Assembly (NCBI GenBank): GCA_963702435.1
Contig: CAVPCR010000001.1
Coordinates: forward strand, 832,001 to 896,000
Reading direction: 5' to 3'
From: Candidatus Eiseniibacteriota bacterium
Lineage (GTDB): Bacteria; Eisenbacteria; RBG-16-71-46; CAVPCR01
DNA: 64,000 bases
Positions within the stretch are counted from its first letter, which is position 1. Each line of letters starts with the position of its first letter. Both the position numbers and the translations under genes were made by a program. This document shows positions 17,359-27,310 of the stretch, piece by piece. The notes beneath the pieces are model-generated. The model was not told the origin of the DNA and did not search any database. It worked only from the letters and a program-made list of their open reading frames with translations.

Positions 17359-18819
17359 CTAGGGTGTGATGCCGGCAGCCCGGCACATGATGGCGAACAG
17401 GCCCGTGTTCTCGATCACGCCGTGCACGACGGCGGGCGCGCCGGCGCCGAAGCCGTAGAGCGGGAGGTCGGTGCCGCCGTGCTCGCCGCCGCCCATGCGC
17501 ACGGCGGATGGATACGCGTAGTCGGGATCGGCGAGCTCGGTCGCCGTCGGCGCCCGGCGCTCGCCCGGCGCCCGCCCCGGCCCCGTTCCGAACACCAGCG
17601 TCGGAAAGGGCACGCTGTCGGCGTCCACACCGGCAGCGAGACCGAGGATGTCGCTTCCGAGCGGGCCGCCGCCGGCGATCGTCATCGTGTGATCGTGATC
17701 GCCGGTGACGAGGACGAGGGTCGAGGCGGAATCAACGCGGGCGAGAACGGCCGCGATCGCGCGATCGAAGGCGAGCGTCTCGACGAGGGCGCGGCGCGCC
17801 TGGTTGTCGTGCAGCGCGTGATCGATGCGCCCGCCCTCGACCATGAGGAAGAACCCGTCCGGATCGCGCTCGAGAATCGCGATCGCCTGCTCGGCCATCG
17901 CGGCGAGCGTGGGCTCGGTCGGGCGGGTCGCCGGGCGATCCACCTCGAGCGCCAGGTGGCTCGCAGCGAACAGGCCGAGGAGGCGCGGCGTGCGCACGGG
18001 ATCGACGGCGGCGAGACCCGCTGCATCCTCGACCACCTGGTAGCCGCGCGCGGCGAGCTCGCGCGTGAGATCGCGCCCGTCGCGGCGGGCGCCGGGCTCG
18101 CCGTCCCGGTCGATGACGGGCGCTCCGGCCGGGTCGCGCTCCGGCCGGAAGTAGCGGCGGCCACCGCCCAGGATGACCTCGATCCCGGCGCCGAGGGCCG
18201 GATTCTCGAGCAGGGCCAGCGCAATATCTCGCTCGTTGGCGCGACTATCCACGTGAGCGTAGCAGGATGCCGGCGTGGCGTGGGTGACGCGCGTGGTGGT
18301 GACAACACCGGTCGCCCAGCCGCGCGCCGCCGCGAGCTCGAGGAAGGTGCGAAGCGGGGCGCCGGCGACGAGCGTCGAATCGGGCCCCGGTGCGGCGCGC
18401 ACCGCGACCATGCCGTTCGCCGTCTTCTCCCCGGTCATCATCGCCGTCATCGCCGCCGACGAATCGGTGACCTGGGCGTCGGCGGAATAGGTGCGGACGA
18501 GCGCCGTCGCGGGAAACGCGTCGAACTCCAGGGCGGCCGCCTCCGGCGGCCGCGCGCCGGCGAGCTGTCCCTTGTAGATGCGCGCGGCGGTGATGGTGGC
18601 GATCCCGAGCCCGTCGCCGATGAAGAGGACGACGCCGCGCGCGGGCGCGACCGGGGAGGAAACGGCGGCGGCCGGCGGCGGAGATGGCGCGCTGCGGCTC
18701 GCCGGCGGCGGCGCGCCGCAGCCGGCCACGAGGAGGAAGGCGAGTGCCGCGCAGCACCGCGCGTCAAGCGCGCGCGGAAACGCTCGCCCGGCGCTCCGGA
18801 GCTCGATCCGGCGTGTCAT
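17359..18819 (-). CDS. phoA: Alkaline phosphatase (lipoprotein)
   Basis: FIGDG, VTDSSA (catalytic Ser), THATPA, VEGGRIDHALH, TGDHDH; lipobox LVAGC. Confidence 0.9.
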   Translation of the reverse strand: MTRRIELRSAGRAFPRALDARCCAALAFLLVAGCGAPPPASRSAPSPPPAAAVSSPVAPARGVVLFIGDGLGIATITAARIYKGQLAGARPPEAAALEFDAFPATALVRTYSADAQVTDSSAAMTAMMTGEKTANGMVAVRAAPGPDSTLVAGAPLRTFLELAAARGWATGVVTTTRVTHATPASCYAHVDSRANERDIALALLENPALGAGIEVILGGGRRYFRPERDPAGAPVIDRDGEPGARRDGRDLTRELAARGYQVVEDAAGLAAVDPVRTPRLLGLFAASHLALEVDRPATRPTEPTLAAMAEQAIAILERDPDGFFLMVEGGRIDHALHDNQARRALVETLAFDRAIAAVLARVDSASTLVLVTGDHDHTMTIAGGGPLGSDILGLAAGVDADSVPFPTLVFGTGPGRAPGERRAPTATELADPDYAYPSAVRMGGGEHGGTDLPLYGFGAGAPAVVHGVIENTGLFAIMCRAAGITP

Positions 18820-18847
18820 TTCCGGCCCGTTGCCCGTGCCGCCGCAA

Positions 18848-21800
18848 CTAACCGCGCCGGCGGCGACCGGGGCCCGCTGCCCCCGGCACCGTGGGCAGGC
18901 CGAGGCGGCCCGGCCGGCGGAGCGGCCGGTTGCCGAAGGTCGGGAGCTTAGGCGGCTTCCGGCGGAGGAGCCGCGCGATCTCGACGAGCCCGCGCTCGAG
19001 CTGCGGGTCCTTCCCCGCCGCGTGGTCCTGCGGCCGGATCTCGACCTCGATGTCGGGATCTGTGCCGTAGTTCTCGACCCCCCAGCCCACATCCTCGAAC
19101 CAGTAGGCGAACTCGGGCTGGGTCGTCACCGTCCCGTCGACGAGCACGTGCCGCGGCCAGATCCCGACGACGCCGCCCCAGGTGCGCTTGCCGATGAGCG
19201 GGCCCAGGCCGTAGAGCTTGAAGCTGTGGCTGAAGATGTCGCCGTCCGATCCGGCGTACTCGTTGGTGAGGGCCACGATGGGGCCGGCCGGGGAGTCGAT
19301 CGGATACGGATAGGGCTGCCCCCAGCGGTTCGAGTCGTAGCCGATCCGGCGGCGAAGGAGCTTCTCGAGGATGAGCTGCGACACGTGCCCGCCGCCGTTC
19401 CAGCGCACGTCCACGATCAGGCCGTCACGATAGACCTCGTGCAGGAAGGCGCGATGGAACTCGGAATAGCCGCGCGCCCCCATGTCGGGCACGTGCACGT
19501 AGCCGACCCGCCCGCCGGTCGCCGCGTGCACGCGGGCACGATTGGCCTCGACCCAGGCCCGGTAGCGGAGCGCGGTCTCCGCGGCCAGGGTCTTGACCGT
19601 GACCGTGCGCACGCCGCCGGAAGCGCCCCGGCGGCCCGCCCCGCGACCGGCGCCGGCCGTCCCGCCAGCGCGAATGGTCAGCTCCACGTGCTGGCCCGCA
19701 TAGTGCACCAGCCGCTCGTCGGGCGACACCCGGCTGTCCACCGGCTGGCCGGCCACCGCAAGAATGTCATCCCCCTCGCGGATATTCAAACCAGGCGCCG
19801 CGAGCGGCGACGAGTACTTCTCGTCCCAGGAATCGCCGCGCGGGATGCGCGCGATGCGCCAGGCGCCGCGCCGCCGGTCGAAGGCGAGGTCGGCGCCGAG
19901 ATGGCCCTGGTACCAGGCCGGCGCCGGCCGGTAGTCGCCGCCGAGCTCGTAGCAATGCGAGGTGCCGAGCTCGCCCTGGAGCTCCCACATGAGATCGCTG
20001 AACTCGGCGCGGCTCGCCACCCGGTCGACGAGCGGCAGGTAGCGCTCGTAGACGGCGACCCAGTCGATGCCCGACATGTCGGAGGTCCAGAACTGGTCGC
20101 GCTGGAGCCGCCACGCCTCGCGGAACATCTGCCGCCACTCCTCGCTCGGCACGACCGAGACGCGGAGCCGTTCGAGGTCGAGCCAGCCGCTCTCGCGGCC
20201 CGGGCCGCCGTTCCGTTCGGCTCGCCCCTCGGCCTTCCACGCGGCGGGCACCACGCGGATCCGGTTCCCGGCGCGGATGGCGAGCGCCTTCGCGTCCTTC
20301 GAGAGCTGGAAGTCGGTGATGCCCTCGAGCACCGTCTCGCCCTTGTCCTGGGTGAAATCGTACGCGGACAGGACGCCGGCCGCCTTCGGCTCCGCCTCGA
20401 TCCAGGCGGAATCGAGGCTGCCCTCGATCGGATAGGAGGAGAAGAGCGCCCGCCCGCGGGCGCCGAGGATCCGACCGTAGCGTCCCTCCGCCACGGGGAA
20501 CGCGACGACGCGATCGGCGATGCCCTCGAGGTCGATGCGCACCTCGACCGCGGGGCCTTCCGCGGCCCTGGCCGCGGCGGCGTCCCTCATGCCTCCCTCA
20601 CCCTTCTGAGCGCCCTCGGCTCCGGCGCCTGCCGCGGCCGGCGCGCCCGGCGCGCGGAGCGCCCGGGTGCCCTCGGCGAACGGCGAGGCGAGATCGCGCT
20701 GGAGGGGAATCAGGTAGGGTCGCGACCCCCGCGGGAAGCCGAGATCGAAGTAGTGGCTGTCGTACACCGGATCGAACGTGCGCCAGGAAATGAAGTAGAG
20801 ATACTTGCCCTCGGGATCGAAGGACGGCGCGACGTCCCTGAACTCGGAGCGCGTGATGGCCGTGATCTTCCCGTGCGCGACATCGCACAGGTGGAGCGGG
20901 GTCGTGCGCAGCGAATCGGGGAATCCGTACGCGAGCCAGCGGCCGTCGGGCGACCAGGCCAGGCCCTCGATCCGCGCGTACTTGCTGCGCTCGACGACTG
21001 CGGTGCGGCGACTCGCGAGATCGACGACGATGACCTCCTGCCGCTGATTGGTGAGCGCCACCCAGTCGGGCCCGGCGGGCGGCGCGCAGAGCTCGACCGG
21101 GCGGCCGAAGTCGCCGTCGATCCGCCGCTCGATCTTGCCGTCGGCGGCGCGGATCACGACCAGACCGTCCTCCCCGCCCTCGTCGGAGACGGCCACCAGC
21201 CGCTGGCCGTCGGCGAGCCAGGTGGCCAGCCGATGGCGCACCGCCGAAGCAGGGCCGAGCCGCTTGGCCGCTCCCTCCCACAGCCCCATCGTGTAGATGC
21301 CGCCGCGCGCCACGACCGCGATCGAGTGTCCGGACGGATGCAGATCGGAGCTCTCCTGGTAGCGGCTCGCACCCACGAACTTGCGCGTGCGCTGGCTGCG
21401 CGGGCTCTGGGTCGCCACGTCGAGCTTGACCGTGCGATCGAGTGCGACATCGTGCAGGTAGAGGTCCCCGCCCGCCTGGTACACGATGCGCGGGCCGTCG
21501 GTCGCGGGGAAGCGAACGTAGAAGTCCTCGTGATGGGTGTGCCGGCGGAGATCGCGCCCCGTCGGCGTGCACGAGTAGAGATTGCCGACCCCCTCGTGAT
21601 CGGAGAGGAAGTAGATGCGGGCGCCGATCCACATCGGGCTCGCCAGGTTCCCGGGCAGGCGGAGGAGCTGGGCGAACTCGCCGGCGCCGGCGCGATCGAT
21701 CCACAGCGTGCCGGCGGTGCCGCCGCGGTAACGCTTCCAGCGCGCGGGATCGCCGGTGTTGCGCCCGATGACGACCCCGCGGCCCGGTGCGGACTCGAAC

Positions 21801-22219
21801 GAGATGGCGCGCGCCGGACCGAGCCGGAGCTCCTCCGGCGCACCCCCGTCCAGCGGGACCGAGTACAGGTGGAAGTAGCCCTGGAACGGCTGGCGCCAGT
21901 CGCTCGCGTAGAGGACCTGGCGCGCGTCGGGTCGCCAGCCCACGACCTGGCTCATCGCACCGTGCCAGGTGAGGCGGCGCGCCGGACCGCCCTCGGCCTC
22001 CATCAGGTAGACCTCGGAGGGACCGTCATCGCGTCCGGTGTACGCGATCCAGGCGCCGTCAGGCGAATAGGCGGGAAAGGACGTGGCGCCCGGATTCGCA
22101 GTCAGGCGCCGCGCCACGCCGCCGGTGGCGGCCACGCACCAGAGATCATCCTCGCAGGCGAAGGCGATGGAATCGCCGTGGATGGTCGGATGGCGGTAGT
22201 AACCGGCCTCGCCTTGCAT
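18848..22219 (-). CDS. Tricorn-type S41 protease (beta-propellers, PDZ, S41 domain)
   Basis: YYRHPTIHGD, WKRYRGGTAG, ELGTSHCY, DVRWNGGG, AGSDGDIF, RTWGGVVG. Confidence 0.95.
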   Translation of the reverse strand: MQGEAGYYRHPTIHGDSIAFACEDDLWCVAATGGVARRLTANPGATSFPAYSPDGAWIAYTGRDDGPSEVYLMEAEGGPARRLTWHGAMSQVVGWRPDARQVLYASDWRQPFQGYFHLYSVPLDGGAPEELRLGPARAISFESAPGRGVVIGRNTGDPARWKRYRGGTAGTLWIDRAGAGEFAQLLRLPGNLASPMWIGARIYFLSDHEGVGNLYSCTPTGRDLRRHTHHEDFYVRFPATDGPRIVYQAGGDLYLHDVALDRTVKLDVATQSPRSQRTRKFVGASRYQESSDLHPSGHSIAVVARGGIYTMGLWEGAAKRLGPASAVRHRLATWLADGQRLVAVSDEGGEDGLVVIRAADGKIERRIDGDFGRPVELCAPPAGPDWVALTNQRQEVIVVDLASRRTAVVERSKYARIEGLAWSPDGRWLAYGFPDSLRTTPLHLCDVAHGKITAITRSEFRDVAPSFDPEGKYLYFISWRTFDPVYDSHYFDLGFPRGSRPYLIPLQRDLASPFAEGTRALRAPGAPAAAGAGAEGAQKGEGGMRDAAAARAAEGPAVEVRIDLEGIADRVVAFPVAEGRYGRILGARGRALFSSYPIEGSLDSAWIEAEPKAAGVLSAYDFTQDKGETVLEGITDFQLSKDAKALAIRAGNRIRVVPAAWKAEGRAERNGGPGRESGWLDLERLRVSVVPSEEWRQMFREAWRLQRDQFWTSDMSGIDWVAVYERYLPLVDRVASRAEFSDLMWELQGELGTSHCYELGGDYRPAPAWYQGHLGADLAFDRRRGAWRIARIPRGDSWDEKYSSPLAAPGLNIREGDDILAVAGQPVDSRVSPDERLVHYAGQHVELTIRAGGTAGAGRGAGRRGASGGVRTVTVKTLAAETALRYRAWVEANRARVHAATGGRVGYVHVPDMGARGYSEFHRAFLHEVYRDGLIVDVRWNGGGHVSQLILEKLLRRRIGYDSNRWGQPYPYPIDSPAGPIVALTNEYAGSDGDIFSHSFKLYGLGPLIGKRTWGGVVGIWPRHVLVDGTVTTQPEFAYWFEDVGWGVENYGTDPDIEVEIRPQDHAAGKDPQLERGLVEIARLLRRKPPKLPTFGNRPLRRPGRLGLPTVPGAAGPGRRRRG

Positions 22220-22413
22220 CGTCACACTCCTCTCCCTCGAACCCCTCTCCCTCGAACCCCGACTGCGCGCGGCCGCCGCGCGACTGCCGCGTGGCGCTGG
22301 CCAAACCAGGAGGCAAGCCGGACGATGTTAGATAGAATGGCCCGCCGACTCAACCTCCGGATTCGCCGGCGGGAGGGCGGCCCCGAGGTCGCCCGCCGGA
22401 TCAGGGAGGAAGC

Positions 22414-23115
22414 ATGAATCGGGCCCCGCTCACGCCGGATGCAGCGGCGTTCTGGGAAGACCCCGCGCGCGTGGCCGAGTTCGCCGCGCGCGAGCCGGAC
22501 CTCCGCCTTCTCGAGCTCATGCCGCAGTATGCGGACCCGCGCGCGACCCGCGTGCTCGACCTGGGCTGCGCCGGCGGCCGCAACACGGAGCCGCTCTTCG
22601 CAGCCGGCTTCGACGTGGTGGCAGTGGATGCGTCGAGCGCGATGGTGGCCGCGACGCGCGCCCGGATCGCGCCGCTCGCCGGCGCCGCCGCGGCGGACCG
22701 CCGCGTGTTCACGGCGCGCATGGACGATCTCTCCTTCGCCGCGGATGGGTCGTTCGATCTCGTCGTCGCCCTCGGCGTCTACCAGCAGGCGCAGGGCGAG
22801 GCGGAGTGGACCCGGGCGCTCGCGGAGACGGCGCGCGTCGTCGGCGCCGGCGGGCGGGTGCTCGTCGCCAACTTCGCGCCGGGCACCGGACCGCGGGCGA
22901 ATCCGCCCGCACTCGTCGCCGGCACCCGTTTCGTGTACGCAGGACTCGCGGACGGCCGCGCCTGCCTCCTCGACGCGGACGCGCTCGACCGCGAGTTCGC
23001 GCGCAGCGGATTCGCACCCGCGGGACCGACCGCGACCGTGGATCGATCGAGCGAGGAGAGCCGGCGGATCACCGTCAACGCGCTCTACCGGAAGCTCGAC
23101 AGGAAGGACCCATGA
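22414..23115 (+). CDS. Class I SAM-dependent methyltransferase
   Basis: VLDLGCAGGRN, VAVDAS, FDLVV; SD GGAGG. Confidence 0.88.
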   Translation: MNRAPLTPDAAAFWEDPARVAEFAAREPDLRLLELMPQYADPRATRVLDLGCAGGRNTEPLFAAGFDVVAVDASSAMVAATRARIAPLAGAAAADRRVFTARMDDLSFAADGSFDLVVALGVYQQAQGEAEWTRALAETARVVGAGGRVLVANFAPGTGPRANPPALVAGTRFVYAGLADGRACLLDADALDREFARSGFAPAGPTATVDRSSEESRRITVNALYRKLDRKDP

Positions 23116-23558
23116 ACACGACCGCAGTGTGGACCGAGAAGCAGGTTTTCCACGTGGACTTCCCCGGCGGGGAGGCGTTCACGCTGGCGAGCGTCCCGCG
23201 CGACGCGCATCCCGCGCCCGGGCCGAGCCCGATGGAGGCGGTCGAGGCGGCGCTCGCCGGCTGCAGCGGGATCGACGTGGTCACGATCCTCGAGAAGATG
23301 CGAAAGACGCTCGCGGCGCTCCGGATCGAGGTCGTGGCGACGCGCCGCGACGAGGCGCCGCGGGTGTACACCGATCTCGCGCTCGTCTACCACGTCGACG
23401 GACCGGACCTCGATCGCGAGTCGGTCGAGCGCGCGGTCGCGCTGTCGCAGGACAAGTACTGCTCGGTCGCCGCCATGCTCCGCCCGGCGGTCGCCATGAG
23501 CTATCGCATCATCTTGAACGGAACGGCCATCACGGGCGAGGCGGCCATCCCGGGATGA
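23112..23558 (+). CDS. OsmC/YhfA family protein
   Basis: GPSPME, LAGCSGIDVV, LSQDKYCSV; ATGA overlap with upstream gene. Confidence 0.92.
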   Translation: MNTTAVWTEKQVFHVDFPGGEAFTLASVPRDAHPAPGPSPMEAVEAALAGCSGIDVVTILEKMRKTLAALRIEVVATRRDEAPRVYTDLALVYHVDGPDLDRESVERAVALSQDKYCSVAAMLRPAVAMSYRIILNGTAITGEAAIPG

Positions 23559-23976
23559 TGCCCCAGGTGTGGCGGCGGTAGGCGGCGTAGTCAGGATGGC
23601 GAGCGGCAAGCAGCGACTCCTCGTGGCGGGCCTTCACATGCACGAAGACGATGGCCGCCGCCGCCAGGAGGCCGACCGCCGCCGTGCTCCGGAGGAGGAA
23701 GAGTCCGCCGACGGCGAGGACGACCGCCGTGTACATCGGATGGCGGAAACGGCGATAGACTCCATGCCTCACGAGCGGAGCCGCCGGCCCCGGCGCAGGC
23801 TGGATGCGGAGGTGCCGGCCGACCGCGGCGACGGCGGCCGCGACCAGGATCAGCGCGGCGGCGAGGAACACGGGCGCCGCGGAGCGGACGGCGGCCGGGA
23901 GGAGCGGCTTGCCGCCGGCCGCGAACGCGGCGGCGAGAAGCGCCAGGAGCGCCATCTGGACGATCACGTAGCCCAT
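23530..23976 (-). CDS. Isoprenylcysteine carboxylmethyltransferase / PEMT family membrane protein
   Basis: Hydrophobic; LVRHGVYRRFRHPMY, EESLL, YAAYRR. Confidence 0.88.
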   Translation of the reverse strand: MGYVIVQMALLALLAAAFAAGGKPLLPAAVRSAAPVFLAAALILVAAAVAAVGRHLRIQPAPGPAAPLVRHGVYRRFRHPMYTAVVLAVGGLFLLRSTAAVGLLAAAAIVFVHVKARHEESLLAARHPDYAAYRRHTWGIIPGWPPRP

Positions 23977-23999
23977 CGGGCGCATCGTAGCAGGAAACC

Positions 24000-24875
24000 A
24001 TGACCGAGACCGGACCCCGAGCAGACAGCGACGAGCGCGACGACGCGGCGCTCGTCGCCGCCGCCCGCGCCGGTGACCGCGCCGCGCTCGAGCTCCTCCT
24101 CACCCGCTACCAGCCGCGCGTCTACCGCTTCGGCATGAAGATGTGCCGGCATCCCGAGGACGCCGAGGACATCGTGCAGGAGACGCTCGTCGCCATGGCC
24201 CGCACGGTGGGCGACTTCCGCGGCGCCTCCTCGCTCTCGACCTGGCTGTGGTCGATCGCGCGGAGCTTCTGCGTGAAGAAGCGGCGGCGGAGCAAGTTCG
24301 CACCCGAGCGCGAGGAATCGCTCGAGGCGGATGCCGTGACCAGCGGCGCCGCGCGCGCGGTGGCCGATCCGGGGCGGGGCCCGGACGAAGAGGTCGCGGC
24401 GCGGGAGATCGAGAGCGCGCTCGCCGCGGCGATCGGCCGGCTCGAGCCCATGTACCGCGAGGTGCTCGTGCTTCGCGACGTCGAGGGCCTCTCCGCGCCG
24501 GAGGTGGCGGCGGTGCTCGAACTGACCGTCGAGGCGGTGAAGAGCCGGCTCCATCGCGCGCGCCTCGCCGTGCGGGCGGAGCTGGCGCCGCTCCTCGGCG
24601 CCGGCGAGAAGGCGGCGCCCGCCGCGGGCGGCACCTGTCCCGACGTGCTCTCGCTCTGGTCCCGAAAGCTGGAGGACGACGTGAGCCCCGAGCTCTGCGC
24701 CGAGCTCGAGCGGCATGTCGCCGCCTGCCCAGGCTGTCAGGCCGCGTGCGACTCGCTCAAGCGCACGCTCGCCCTCTGCCGCACCGCACCGACGCCGGCC
24801 GTACCGGCCTCGATCCAGGCCGCCGTGCGGAAAGCGATCCACGAGCTCACGCTGCCGCCCGCCAATCGCCGGTAG
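24000..24875 (+). CDS. ECF sigma factor with fused C-terminal ZAS-like zinc finger
   Basis: DAEDIVQET, LSTWL, VLRDVEGLS, VKSRLHRAR; C-terminal C...HVAACPGC. Confidence 0.9.
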   Translation: MTETGPRADSDERDDAALVAAARAGDRAALELLLTRYQPRVYRFGMKMCRHPEDAEDIVQETLVAMARTVGDFRGASSLSTWLWSIARSFCVKKRRRSKFAPEREESLEADAVTSGAARAVADPGRGPDEEVAAREIESALAAAIGRLEPMYREVLVLRDVEGLSAPEVAAVLELTVEAVKSRLHRARLAVRAELAPLLGAGEKAAPAAGGTCPDVLSLWSRKLEDDVSPELCAELERHVAACPGCQAACDSLKRTLALCRTAPTPAVPASIQAAVRKAIHELTLPPANRR

Positions 24876-24910
24876 ACGCCGGGCGTTGCCCCAGCCGTCC
24901 CGCGCCGCGC

Positions 24911-24960
24911 CGGGGCTGATTGTGAATGCCATTGACAATCAGCCCCGCTGGCGCCAGGAT
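24911..24960 (+). promoter_or_regulatory. Sigma70-like promoter whose -35 lies inside a 13-bp inverted repeat
   Basis: cggggctgattgt-N11-acaatcagccccg; TTGACA(24932-37)-N17-CAGGAT(24955-60), 6 nt before ATG. Confidence 0.7.
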
Positions 24961-24966
24961 GGGCCC

Positions 24967-26157
24967 ATGATCAAGCGCACCCTCGAGACCCGGCTCCGCG
25001 ATCTGTCCCGGAAGTTCCCCGTCGTGACCGTCACCGGCCCGCGGCAGTCCGGCAAGACCACGCTGTGCCAGGCCGTTTTCCCCGCCAAGCCCTACGTTTC
25101 CCTGGAAGCCCCTGACGTGCGGGATTTCGCGCGCCGGGATCCACGGGCGTTTCTTGCCCAGTACGCCGACGGCGCCGTACTCGATGAGGTGCACCGGGTG
25201 CCCGATCTCCTGTCCTACGTCCAGGCGACTGTGGACGCGCGACCCGCCGCCGGGCGTTTCATCCTCACGGGCTCGGCCAACTTCAGCCTGCTCCACTCCC
25301 TTGGCCAGTCGCTCGCCGGGCGCACCGCACTCCTCGAGCTCTTGCCGCTCTCCCTCGAGGAAATCCGCCGGTTCCCGGCCCCACCCTCCGACTTGCTCGA
25401 CCTCATGTGGCGCGGGAGCTATCCCGCCCTCTACGACCGCGGGCTCGAGCCGCGAGACTGGTATCCGAGCTATGTGGCGACCTATGTGGAACGAGATGTC
25501 AGAAACGTCCTCAACGTCGGCGACCTCGTGGCGTTCCAGACCTGCCTGCGGCTGTGTGCAGGCCGGGTCGGCCAGCTCGTCAATCTCTCCTCCCTGGGTG
25601 CCGACGCCGGAGTGACCCACGCCACCGTGAAGTCATGGCTCTCGGTTCTCGAGGCCGGTTATGTCGCGTGGCGTCTGCCGCCGTTTCACACCAATACATC
25701 CAAGCGACTGATCAAGTCTCCGAAGCTGCACTTCGTGGATTCGGGTCTTGCCTGCTACCTGCTCGGCATCCGTTCGCCCGACCAGCTGAGAGATCACCCG
25801 CTGCGCGGAGCGATTTTCGAGACGTGGGTTGCGTCCGAGGTGCTGAAGACCCGCGCCCACCGCGGCGTGCCGCCGAGTCTCTCGTTCTTTCGTGACCGGA
25901 AGGGCGCGGAGGTCGATGTGGTCATCGAACTCGGGCGTGAAGTACTCGCCATCGAGACCAAGTCCGGACAGACCGTGGCGGCCGATTTCTTTGCCGGGCT
26001 TGAGACCTTCGCGTCCCTCATGGCCTCGTCGCGCCCGCGGCGTGCCGTACGCAGCTTCGTCGTGTACGGCGGCGGCGACGCGCAGGAACGGTCCGGCGGC
26101 ACCGTCGTCCCCTGGTCACGGCTCGACGAGTGCAGATGGTGGGATCCTGGAGATTAG
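24967..26157 (+). CDS. AAA+ ATPase (AAA_14) with DUF4143 PD-(D/E)xK-like C-terminus
   Basis: GPRQSGKTT, VLDEVH, ILTGS, GSYP, KSPKLHFVDSGL, EVDVV...AIETK. Confidence 0.92.
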   Translation: MIKRTLETRLRDLSRKFPVVTVTGPRQSGKTTLCQAVFPAKPYVSLEAPDVRDFARRDPRAFLAQYADGAVLDEVHRVPDLLSYVQATVDARPAAGRFILTGSANFSLLHSLGQSLAGRTALLELLPLSLEEIRRFPAPPSDLLDLMWRGSYPALYDRGLEPRDWYPSYVATYVERDVRNVLNVGDLVAFQTCLRLCAGRVGQLVNLSSLGADAGVTHATVKSWLSVLEAGYVAWRLPPFHTNTSKRLIKSPKLHFVDSGLACYLLGIRSPDQLRDHPLRGAIFETWVASEVLKTRAHRGVPPSLSFFRDRKGAEVDVVIELGREVLAIETKSGQTVAADFFAGLETFASLMASSRPRRAVRSFVVYGGGDAQERSGGTVVPWSRLDECRWWDPGD

Positions 26158-26186
26158 AACGGCCGCCATCCCTCCCGGCGCTTCCG

Positions 26187-27278
26187 TCAGGCGGCCACGC
26201 GCCGCCCGAAGGTCCGCCGCTCGAGCCACAGAGCGACGGTGACGAGCCCCACCAGCACCGGCACCTCGACCAGCGGCCCGATGACCGCGGCGAAGGCCGC
26301 GCCGTGGTCGATGCCGAAGGTCGCCACCGCCACCGCGATCGCCAGCTCGAAGTTGTTCGACGCGGCCGTGAACGACAAAGTCGCGGTCTGCCCGTAGGTC
26401 GCGCCGACCCGCTTGCTCATGAAGAACGAGAGGAAGAACATGAGCACGAAGTAGATGAGGAGCGGGATCGCCACCCGCACGACGTCGAGCGGCAGCTCGA
26501 CGATGGTCTCGCCCTTGAGCGAGAACATGACGACGATCGTGAAGAGGAGCGCGATGAGCGTGAGCGGGCTGATCTTCGGGATGAACCTCGTGTGATACCA
26601 CTGCTTGCCCTTCGCCTTGATCAGGATGAAGCGCGTGAGCATGCCGGCAAGGAAGGGAATGCCGAGATAGATGAAGACGCTCTTGGCGATCTCGCCGATC
26701 GTGATGTGGACGACCATGCCCTCGAGTCCGAACCAGGTCGGCAGGACCTGGATGAAGACATACGCATAGGCCGAGTAGAACAGCACCTGGAAGATCGAGT
26801 TGAAGGCGACCAGCCCGGCGCAGTACTCGGTGTCGCCCTTGGCCAGGTCGTTCCAGACGATGACCATCGCGATGCAGCGGGCGAGGCCGATCAGGATGAG
26901 GCCGACCATGTACTCCGGCCGGTCGCGGAGGAAGACGACGGCGAGCGCGAACATGAGGAGCGGCCCGACGATCCAGTTCTGGACCAGCGAGAGCCCGAGG
27001 ACCTTGAGATTCCGGAAGACCGGGCCCATCTCCTCGTAGCGGACCTTGGCCAGCGGCGGATACATCATGAGGATCAGGCCGACGGCGATCGGGATCGAGG
27101 TCGTGCCGACGCTGAACCGGTCGAGGAGCGGCACGACGCCGGGGAAGAAGTAACCGGTGCCGACCCCGAGGCCCATGGCGAGGAAGATCCACAGGGTGAG
27201 GAAGCGGTCGAGCGCGGACAGGCGCTCGACTCGACAGGACGCCACGTTGCCCGGCTCCACCATCGCCACCGCCTTCAT
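26187..27278 (-). CDS. acr3: ACR3 family arsenite efflux transporter
   Basis: [48 protein letters not shown]. Confidence 0.96.
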   Translation of the reverse strand: MKAVAMVEPGNVASCRVERLSALDRFLTLWIFLAMGLGVGTGYFFPGVVPLLDRFSVGTTSIPIAVGLILMMYPPLAKVRYEEMGPVFRNLKVLGLSLVQNWIVGPLLMFALAVVFLRDRPEYMVGLILIGLARCIAMVIVWNDLAKGDTEYCAGLVAFNSIFQVLFYSAYAYVFIQVLPTWFGLEGMVVHITIGEIAKSVFIYLGIPFLAGMLTRFILIKAKGKQWYHTRFIPKISPLTLIALLFTIVVMFSLKGETIVELPLDVVRVAIPLLIYFVLMFFLSFFMSKRVGATYGQTATLSFTAASNNFELAIAVAVATFGIDHGAAFAAVIGPLVEVPVLVGLVTVALWLERRTFGRRVAA

Positions 27279-27310
27279 CGCCACCGCCTATCGCTGATCG
27301 GCCGCCGTGG

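Noticed and set aside
23530..23558. 29-bp convergent overlap of the OsmC and methyltransferase genes
   Set aside because: Short tail-to-tail overlaps are common in compact GC-rich genomes
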